Virus record (IMG/VR): IMGVR_UViG_3300048785_000093
Span: 1-44,480 of that record
Length of the DNA: 44,480 nt
Source: a virus
Direction: 5' to 3' (one strand)
Shown here: one piece after another, positions 38,630-44,480 of the stretch
Layout: each line of letters begins with the position of its first letter
Position numbering within the stretch: position 1 is the stretch's first letter
Position numbers and translations under genes: made by a program
The notes under the pieces: model-generated
Told to the model about the DNA's origin: nothing
The model's database searches: none
What the model saw: only the letters and a program-made list of their open reading frames with translations

Positions 38630-39328
38630 ATGCCACGCATTTCACGCAAAACAGTCTTGGCCGAGTTGCAGGACCCTGCGGCGCCTTTTTTGTTTGATGA
38701 GTCAAATCTGCCGGTCAAACCAATGTGGGTGGAAGCAATCCGCGCAAAGGAAATCACAGGCGCACGCCTGCTCGATGACTTGAATAAGGTGCAGCGCATG
38801 GTAGATCTGTTGTGTTTGGGCAATGGCGTGAAAAAAGTCGCCCGGTTCTTGCACGTCTCGCCTCATTCAGTCCGGGCCGCGCGCGCTGTCCTCGTTGAGC
38901 AGGGAAAACTAGCCCCATTCCGAGCAAGGTTCGTGCAGCGGGCAGAGGAATTAGTCGAGGATGGTATCGAGAAGATCCATGAATCCATCGAAAACGGGAA
39001 GCTACACCCCAACTTTATGAGTTCGGCGGTGGGAACTATTTACGACAAAAGGGCGCTCGCGCTGGGTGAGCCGACGACGATCAGCGTCGGCGCAAGCGTG
39101 AAACTGCAGCCCGCGGCACTCGCGGTGAAGGTGCTCAACGACTGGGCAGCAGCGTTGCCGGCTGATTTAGAATCAATCGGGAAACCCTCAAATGATTTTG
39201 AAATTGAAGCCTCCAATACTATTGATGCTTCATTTGATGCTAATGGGATCGGGCCACGAGAACGCCAGGCGGAGGATGGGGGGGGGGGGGATGCCGCCGG
39301 CGGCGCTGGCGAAAATACCGATGGGTGA
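38630..39328 (+). CDS. HTH DNA-binding protein (232 aa) with a G13 tract near its 3' end
   Basis: HTH segment GNGVKKVARFLHVSPHSVRAARAVL. Confidence 0.55.
   Translation: MPRISRKTVLAELQDPAAPFLFDESNLPVKPMWVEAIRAKEITGARLLDDLNKVQRMVDLLCLGNGVKKVARFLHVSPHSVRAARAVLVEQGKLAPFRARFVQRAEELVEDGIEKIHESIENGKLHPNFMSSAVGTIYDKRALALGEPTTISVGASVKLQPAALAVKVLNDWAAALPADLESIGKPSNDFEIEASNTIDASFDANGIGPRERQAEDGGGGDAAGGAGENTDG
39278..39290 (+). repeat. Homopolymeric G13 tract
   Basis: Counted directly. It encodes the GGGG of ...EDGGGGDAAGG. Confidence 0.95.
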
Positions 39329-39361
39329 CGCGCAGGAGAATTTTGAAACCAAAAGGATTCC

Positions 39362-39706
39362 ATGATCTCGAAACTCAAAACGTCGGCTGCAAAAATTTTC
39401 CATTCCTTAAAGAGCGAACCGGGACCGGCACCGGTCCCGGGCAATGCGGCCGGCCGAAAAAACTCGCCGCCCCAAGGCGCAGCCGGGCTTATGGATCTGG
39501 TGGTGTGGAGTGTGCCGCCGGTGAACACGCGATTGCTGATATGCCACGCTCCCGGCGTCGACGGAAGCAATCCGATGAACCTGGTGAGCGTGACAGTGCG
39601 GGACAATTCCAGGTTCATGAAAAAAATGGCGCTCCGGGCCCGGCCCGTGAGCCAACAAAAATTTGACCTGGAAGGGCCACTGCCGCGCTGGAGGGGGCGC
39701 TGGTAA
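39362..39706 (+). CDS. Hypothetical protein (114 aa)
   Basis: More G/C at third positions and a more plausible sequence than the overlapping ORF 39325..39666. Confidence 0.45.
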   Translation: MISKLKTSAAKIFHSLKSEPGPAPVPGNAAGRKNSPPQGAAGLMDLVVWSVPPVNTRLLICHAPGVDGSNPMNLVSVTVRDNSRFMKKMALRARPVSQQKFDLEGPLPRWRGRW

Positions 39707-39707
39707 C

Positions 39708-40508
39708 ATGAGCGAACTTCTCCAGGGGAATGTGACGGTGAATAAACGTCTGCGCCGGCATCCGGTATGGCTGCGGGAACCGTTCAGCTACGGCCAGGCG
39801 TGGGTGGACCTGCTGTTGCTGGCCAATGACGCGCCACGGACGGCCACGGTGCATGGGGAGAGCTTTGTGATGGAGCGTGGGCAGCTTTGCTGGAGCCAAC
39901 GCGCGCTGGAACGGGAGTGGAACCGAAGCGGGGAGTGGGTAAAACGATTCCTAACCTTCTGCCAGGATGAGGCCATGCTAAAAATGGACGCTACGCCACG
40001 ACGAACGATCATTTCTATCCTGAATTATGACGCATACAACACGCTTTCCACGGTTACAGAACCGGAAACAGATACGGACGCAGGAACGGTTACAGAACCG
40101 GGACGGAATCTGGAAACTGGAAGGGGAAAGGGGAATCTGGAAAGGGGAACGCGCGCGGGGGACTTCTCAGAAGCTCCTGAAGAGGCCGAAATTTTGGAAT
40201 TCGCGGGCAGTTGGACGGGCGATACCGCGCGGGCAATTCCGGCAGGCGCGATGACCGAGGCCTGGGCACTGGAATGGATGAGCTGGCAGAAGACCTGGCT
40301 GGCTGACTGGCGCCGAAGGATGGTTCAGAGGTTTGTGAGCGAGTGGATTACGTGCCGGCCGCTGGCGAGGTTGATTTTGGAAAAAAATGGCGCGCCGGCG
40401 CCGGGGCTTTTGAAGCGGGAACGCGGGGAAATTTTGCAGGAATTGGAACTGGCGAAAAAAAACGGCGCGGCGACCGGACAACTTGAAAAGGAACTGACAA
40501 ACTCATGA
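39708..40508 (+). CDS. Replication initiator / replisome-organiser-like winged-helix protein
   Basis: FSYGQAWVDLLLLANDAPRTATVHGESFVMERGQLCWSQRALEREWNRSGEWVKRFLTFCQDEAML resembles DnaD/phage replication wHTH N-domains. Coupled to the DnaB gene. Confidence 0.55.
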   Translation: MSELLQGNVTVNKRLRRHPVWLREPFSYGQAWVDLLLLANDAPRTATVHGESFVMERGQLCWSQRALEREWNRSGEWVKRFLTFCQDEAMLKMDATPRRTIISILNYDAYNTLSTVTEPETDTDAGTVTEPGRNLETGRGKGNLERGTRAGDFSEAPEEAEILEFAGSWTGDTARAIPAGAMTEAWALEWMSWQKTWLADWRRRMVQRFVSEWITCRPLARLILEKNGAPAPGLLKRERGEILQELELAKKNGAATGQLEKELTNS

Positions 40509-41923
40509 ATGATTTCGTGGACAGACTCCCACCACATGACATCCCGGCGGAGCAGGGCGTCTTGTCCTGCTGCCTTGGCGGTTACATAAAAGCAATTGAA
40601 AGGGCGGATGAGTGTATTGCGGAATGTCAATCCGTCTTTGAAGAGGATGAGGTTTTTTACGACCTTCGGCACCAGGAAATCTGGCAGGCGATGCTTTATC
40701 TGAAGGAGAAGGCCGGCGAGTTCGACGTGATCACATTGCAGGCAGAATTGAACGCGCGCGGCAAGCTGGAGCAGGTAGGGGGGGCTCATTATCTATTTGA
40801 AATTCAAGAGGTGGCAGTTGCGCCGTCGTTTCTATCTCAATATCTGAACCTGGTTTGGGAACGTTACATGGCGCGGGTGAAGATTGCGAATGACACGGAG
40901 ATAAACAGCCGGATCATGGATAGCAACGGAGAGCTTACAGAATCCGGCATTGCGGTTATAAACGACCGGCATGAGCGATGGAAGAAGCTGCTGGAGCGCG
41001 GGGCGATAAGCCCTAAAAACCTGTGCGCTCCGGGGGATTTTGGGGACGCGTATTACAACGTATGGTTCAACCGCACGCGGGAGGATTACGGCTGGGAACT
41101 GCCATTCAAATTTCCGATGCGGATAAGGCCGAGCGAAATGACGCTGTTCACGGGGGACAACGGGAGCGGCAAGAGTTCGATGCTGGGCCAGATTTCCATA
41201 GTGATCGGGAAACAGCTTGAGAAGGGCCAGAAGGTGGTGATAGCGAGCATGGAAGTTCCTCCGGAAATTACGCTGTGGATCATGTCGCGGCAACTGTTAG
41301 GCGTGGGGAAACTGGAGAAGACAGCGGAGAACGAAAAGCGGATTGCCGACGCGCTGGCGTGGCTGAACGAGCGGATTTTGCTTTACAATTTTCTGGGGAT
41401 AACCGACTGGCGCGAGTTGCTGAACACGTTCACCTATGCCCGGGAACATTGCGGCGGGGCGGTGTTCATTGTGGACAGCGTAATGAGGATAGGGATACCG
41501 GACGACGATTACGCATTGCAGGGGCTCGTGGCGGCGCAGTTCTCGGATTTTGCGGTGAAGAAGGGGGCGCACGTGTTCCTGGTGGTGCATGAGAACAAGG
41601 GGGAAGGCCGGCAGAAGGACCGGGTGCGCGGGAGCAAGCAGTGGACCGACAACGCGGCGAACGTGTGCGCGATAAAGCGGAACGAGCTGAAGGGGGAGAA
41701 GATCGAGGAATGGAAACAGGAACTTGCCGCCGGCGAGCTGACGGAGAAAGAATTCGGCGACAAGATGGAGGGCGTGCGGAAGACGTGGGACAGCAAGTTT
41801 ATTTTAAGCAAACAACGCTGGCCGGGGAGCCAGCAGAACGCGAGCCGGTGGCTCTACTTCGACCGGGCCAGCCTGCAATTTCACGAATATCCCAACGAGG
41901 CGAACTTCAACTTTATTTTATGA
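40505..41923 (+). CDS. dnaB: DnaB-family replicative helicase
   Basis: N-terminal domain PPHDIPAEQGVLSCCL...FYDLRHQEIWQAM...VGGAHYLFEI. Walker A FTGDNGSGKSS and Walker B VFIVDSV. Confidence 0.85.
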   Translation: MNDFVDRLPPHDIPAEQGVLSCCLGGYIKAIERADECIAECQSVFEEDEVFYDLRHQEIWQAMLYLKEKAGEFDVITLQAELNARGKLEQVGGAHYLFEIQEVAVAPSFLSQYLNLVWERYMARVKIANDTEINSRIMDSNGELTESGIAVINDRHERWKKLLERGAISPKNLCAPGDFGDAYYNVWFNRTREDYGWELPFKFPMRIRPSEMTLFTGDNGSGKSSMLGQISIVIGKQLEKGQKVVIASMEVPPEITLWIMSRQLLGVGKLEKTAENEKRIADALAWLNERILLYNFLGITDWRELLNTFTYAREHCGGAVFIVDSVMRIGIPDDDYALQGLVAAQFSDFAVKKGAHVFLVVHENKGEGRQKDRVRGSKQWTDNAANVCAIKRNELKGEKIEEWKQELAAGELTEKEFGDKMEGVRKTWDSKFILSKQRWPGSQQNASRWLYFDRASLQFHEYPNEANFNFIL

Positions 41924-42495
41924 GCAAACAAAAATTTCCGTGCGCGGAAGCGCGGGGAGTGGCTTTGATGCTGCTGACAGACCTAATGCCGTATTGCGAG
42001 CCGGACAGGCTCACGATTGCCGGAAGCGTGCGGAGGATGAAGGCGGAAGTGGGCGACGTGGAGATTCTTTTTGTGCCGCGCGTGGGGACGGTGACGGGTG
42101 AAGGGGAAATGTTCGGAACGCCGAGCAATCTGGCGGAATCGGAAATAAACCGGCTGGTTAAAACGGGCATCCTGGCGCAGCGCCGGAATGCACTCGGCAA
42201 TACGACCTGGGGCTCACTGATCAAACTGGCGGTTCACTCAAAGAGCGGCATCCCGGTGGATTTGTTCACGGCGACGAAGGAGAACTGGTGGAATTACTTG
42301 GTGTGCCGGACCGGGCCGGCGGAAAGCAACATGGCGATTGCGAAGGCGGCGCGTGCGCGCGGGTTGAAATGGGAACCATATTCAAGCGGCTTTGTGGTGG
42401 GCGCAAACGACGGTCTGGACCGCCTGCTGGTGGAGAGCGAGGCGGATGTGTTTGAATTTGTGGGATTGAAATATCAAGAACCGGAAAAACGATAG
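41920..42495 (+). CDS. Minimal family-X DNA polymerase (Pol beta-like palm plus thumb only, 191 aa)
   Basis: IAGSVRRMKAEVGDVEILFVP parallels GSFRRG...GDMDVLL. PVDLFTAT...YLVCRTGPAESNMAIAKAARARGLKW parallels IDIRL...YFTGS..FN..MR..A. The C-terminal SEADVFEFVGLKYQEPEKR parallels SEKDIFDYIQWKYREPKDR. ATGA overlap with dnaB. Confidence 0.85.
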   Translation: MSKQKFPCAEARGVALMLLTDLMPYCEPDRLTIAGSVRRMKAEVGDVEILFVPRVGTVTGEGEMFGTPSNLAESEINRLVKTGILAQRRNALGNTTWGSLIKLAVHSKSGIPVDLFTATKENWWNYLVCRTGPAESNMAIAKAARARGLKWEPYSSGFVVGANDGLDRLLVESEADVFEFVGLKYQEPEKR

Positions 42496-42508
42496 AGAAA
42501 GGAACATT

Positions 42509-42709
42509 ATGGAACTGAATGAAGCGAAACAGATGGCCTACCAAAGCAGCCACCAAGCGGCCGTGGCCACGGAAGCGATGATGAAGTGGGGCGGCACGAT
42601 CACGGACCAGGACGTGGGGGAGCTGGTGGCGATGAGCCGGAAATTGAGTTCGGCGGCCCTGGCGATCAAGGCACAAATGGCGGGTGTGAAGGACCCGAAA
42701 CGCGGATGA
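42509..42709 (+). CDS. Hypothetical protein (66 aa)
   Basis: ORF preceded by GAAAGGAACATT. Confidence 0.45.
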   Translation: MELNEAKQMAYQSSHQAAVATEAMMKWGGTITDQDVGELVAMSRKLSSAALAIKAQMAGVKDPKRG

Positions 42710-43008
42710 GCACAGCCCTAAAAACCCAACGGCGTTTACCGCGTGATCTCCAGCGCGGTGACAGAGTGCGAATGAGCAACGATTTAACCAACCAGCATTC
42801 GAGCGCAGGAACACCTCGCGTCGGTCTTCATGCGCTTATTCGGCGGCTTGAAATGATTTGGTGCCGCCACATTACCAGACGGTGCAATGAGTGGATACTT
42901 ATCAACAGGAACCCTCAAACGGGATATTGCCGGGCAAAAGATTGGAAGTTCTGTCCACGATGCGGAGCCAAACGCCCAAAACAAACGCCGCCGAACGTGC
43001 GGAGCTAA
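42706..43008 (+). CDS. Zinc-ribbon protein (100 aa)
   Basis: ATGA overlap with the upstream gene. Cysteine pattern WCRHITRRC ... YCRAKDWKFCPRCG. Confidence 0.45.
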   Translation: MSTALKTQRRLPRDLQRGDRVRMSNDLTNQHSSAGTPRVGLHALIRRLEMIWCRHITRRCNEWILINRNPQTGYCRAKDWKFCPRCGAKRPKQTPPNVRS

Positions 43009-43028
43009 GACGCGCCTCAATTATATTT

Positions 43029-43766
43029 ATGCAAACAAAATCGAAATCAACACCCAATCGCAGGAATACTCGGCGTCGTCTTCAGCGACTTGTCGGGGCG
43101 TATCCAGAAGGAACCGCACTAATGAGAATGCGCAAAGGGAAAGAATTATTTGACTGGGCGGTGGCCGCCGCAGCCGATGACAACGAAGAAACATTGAAGG
43201 CACATGCTGGGCGTTGGATGCCCTTTGCCGAACTCATGGCCGTCGCCTTCAATCGCCCTACGAAAAAGCTGAGACATCGGCGACCTGCGATGTCCAGCAA
43301 CCTGAAACCTTTTATGAACAAAAATAAAGCGTCAACGCCGATTGTCTCCAGCGTCGTGTTGGGCGGCATGGACGAATCACAACTCATCAATCTCTCGGTC
43401 GGACTGACGCGCAACTTCGGCACGACACTGATGCGCCCGGATGAACTTGGCGGTGATATCTTCATCCTCGAAACCGAGGGCGGCACACGCATGGGCGTCG
43501 CTGCCGGCTGCACGGTGCAAGACGTGTGGAATATCGCGGAGGCTGCTTTCATGGCTGGTGGTGTTCCAAAGAGTGTCGGTGGTGTGAGAAACGTAATGCC
43601 GCCCTACGACCGAACTGAGACACCGCCGCCGAACCACAAAAAATATGGACTCCATAACCTGTATAAAATGCGGACTGCCACCAGCATTCCCGCAACTCGT
43701 CAAAGCACCGTGGACGTGTATCTCGTGCAAACCTTCCGAACAACCGCCCGCGTCCGCAACTGGTGA
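43029..43766 (+). CDS. Hypothetical protein (start and true 3' end uncertain)
   Basis: ORF whose last ~120 nt overlap the next gene, where its translation looks non-coding. Confidence 0.4.
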   Translation: MQTKSKSTPNRRNTRRRLQRLVGAYPEGTALMRMRKGKELFDWAVAAAADDNEETLKAHAGRWMPFAELMAVAFNRPTKKLRHRRPAMSSNLKPFMNKNKASTPIVSSVVLGGMDESQLINLSVGLTRNFGTTLMRPDELGGDIFILETEGGTRMGVAAGCTVQDVWNIAEAAFMAGGVPKSVGGVRNVMPPYDRTETPPPNHKKYGLHNLYKMRTATSIPATRQSTVDVYLVQTFRTTARVRNW

Positions 43767-44259
43767 GGCCAAGGCGGTTGTCTCCAGTGACCTTGTTGGG
43801 CCGCATGGTCCGAAGCACTACTGGGTAACACCACCAGAGATGATGCGGACGCTCAATGACGAATTCCGGTTCGATTACGATCCATGTCCCCATCCACGCC
43901 CCGAAGGATATGACGGGCTGACAGCCGAATGGGGACAACGCAACTGGGTCAATCCTCCGTTCACTGGCGGAGTCTCGCAGTGGGTCAAGAAAGCCCTGGC
44001 CGAACGCGCCAACGGGAAAATGAGCGTGCTGATTCTGCCGATATACCAAGTGCGCTGCATCGCAACATTAGGAGAGGCCGGGGCGGAGGTCCGATACGCC
44101 GGAGCACCTGTATGGCTCGCCCTCGAAGATGGCTCTCCAAACCCTGTCCCGCCGTCGAGTAGGCAACCGTGCCTGCTCCTGATATTGTGGCCCAACGAAT
44201 CAAGCTCACCCACAGCCGGTGGCGGCAGTGGTGGAGCGCAACCAAAAGGAACAAAATGA
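43645..44259 (+). CDS. Phage Dam-like N6-adenine DNA methyltransferase with an N-terminal zinc ribbon
   Basis: CIKCG...CISC, then [24 protein letters not shown]...GLTAEW...[18 protein letters not shown] (NPPF motif IV, phage Dam family layout). Confidence 0.7.
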   Translation: MDSITCIKCGLPPAFPQLVKAPWTCISCKPSEQPPASATGEAKAVVSSDLVGPHGPKHYWVTPPEMMRTLNDEFRFDYDPCPHPRPEGYDGLTAEWGQRNWVNPPFTGGVSQWVKKALAERANGKMSVLILPIYQVRCIATLGEAGAEVRYAGAPVWLALEDGSPNPVPPSSRQPCLLLILWPNESSSPTAGGGSGGAQPKGTK

Positions 44260-44480
44260 GTGAGATATTGAACGTGGAAGGAGCACCGGTTGTTGCGGTG
44301 CAGCGCGGTGTTAGACCATGCTCGTGTGGGCAATGTGTCTCTTTGTGTGAACGCAATCCCGGATGGATGACTCCCGCCGAAGCCATCAAAGCAATCGCGG
44401 CTGGACATCGAAACCGCCTGATGCGCGACTGGCTCGAACCGAGCAGCGAAGTCGGGAATGATGAGCGCCTATATCTGCTG
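44256..44480 (+). CDS. 5' part of the junction-spanning YkgJ/UPF0153-like CxxCxxCC zinc/Fe-S protein. The true gene is 44256..44353 joined to 1..397, 164 aa.
   Basis: ATG at 44256 overlaps the upstream stop (ATGA). It reads [43 protein letters not shown] in frame with ORF 14..397 through the repeat. Confidence 0.7.
   Translation, partial: MSEILNVEGAPVVAVQRGVRPCSCGQCVSLCERNPGWMTPAEAIKAIAAGHRNRLMRDWLEPSSEVGNDERLYLL
44354..44480. repeat. Terminal direct repeat, identical to 1..127
   Basis: Same comparison as for 1..127. Confidence 0.97.

Larger units (their letters stand above)
1..44480. mobile_element. Complete circularly closed temperate tailed-phage genome (podovirus-like gene set), unit length 44,353 bp
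   Basis: The 127-nt terminal identity closes the circle. Terminase, portal, scaffold, capsid, tail-fibre, lysis and internal-protein modules are present, plus integrase/attP/repressor and DnaB/PolX/methylase modules. No tape measure, tube or sheath gene is recognisable. Confidence 0.85.

Noticed and set aside
39325-39666. 113-aa ORF overlapping 39362..39706
   Set aside because: The Arg/Gly-rich translation is less plausible than that of the overlapping frame. It is only relevant as the frame that would be entered if the G13 tract changed length.
42338-42369. Possible third copy of the GGGTTGAA-box element (GAAGGCGGC...CGGGTTGAAAT) inside the Pol X gene
   Set aside because: Only partial matches are present, the spacing differs by 4 nt, and it lies inside coding sequence. 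It is probably a chance resemblance.

Overview
The window is a complete, circularly closed temperate tailed-phage genome. The first 127 nt are identical to the last 127 nt, so the unit length is 44,353 bp. One gene (44256..44480 continuing into 1..397) is only intact across that junction.

Most genes are on the + strand and many are linked by ATGA/GTGA start-stop overlaps. Gene order:
- A methylase / Fe-S-like / methylase triad spanning the junction.
- Small basic proteins, then large terminase and two small DNA-binding proteins, one resembling sigma-70 region 4.
- Portal, scaffold-like protein and an SU10/DUF5309-like major capsid protein.
- A structural and tail-fibre block containing a beta-helix protein and a GH27-like protein. 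Parts of this block have much lower G+C, and several of its proteins have signal-peptide-like N-termini.
- A lysis block of small membrane proteins, a lipobox protein and a permuted papain-like amidase.
- Three coupled internal-virion-like genes ending in a 2,517-aa polyvalent protein (SF2 helicase, ASCH-like domain, HExxH zincin).
- An attP region carrying the 3' half of a tRNA.
- A minus-strand lysogeny operon: RHH repressor, exported protein, tyrosine integrase.
- A divergent RHH gene, a complete tRNA(CAT), HTH proteins, a replication initiator-like protein, a DnaB helicase and a minimal Pol X.

I could not recognise a tape measure, tail tube or sheath gene, so the gene set looks podovirus-like.

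Most interesting observations:
- The giant polyvalent protein.
- A 59-aa gene with a perfect Shine-Dalgarno sequence overprinted in its +1 frame.
- A free sigma region-4-like protein next to a duplicated 41-nt element with TTGAA boxes.
- An ASFV-like mini Pol X.
- The methylase / YkgJ / methylase triad.
- A divergent, apparently leaderless RHH switch.
- A tRNA(CAT) with partial initiator hallmarks, embedded in a stop-less ORF.

All calls rest on motif reading by eye. No database search was possible.
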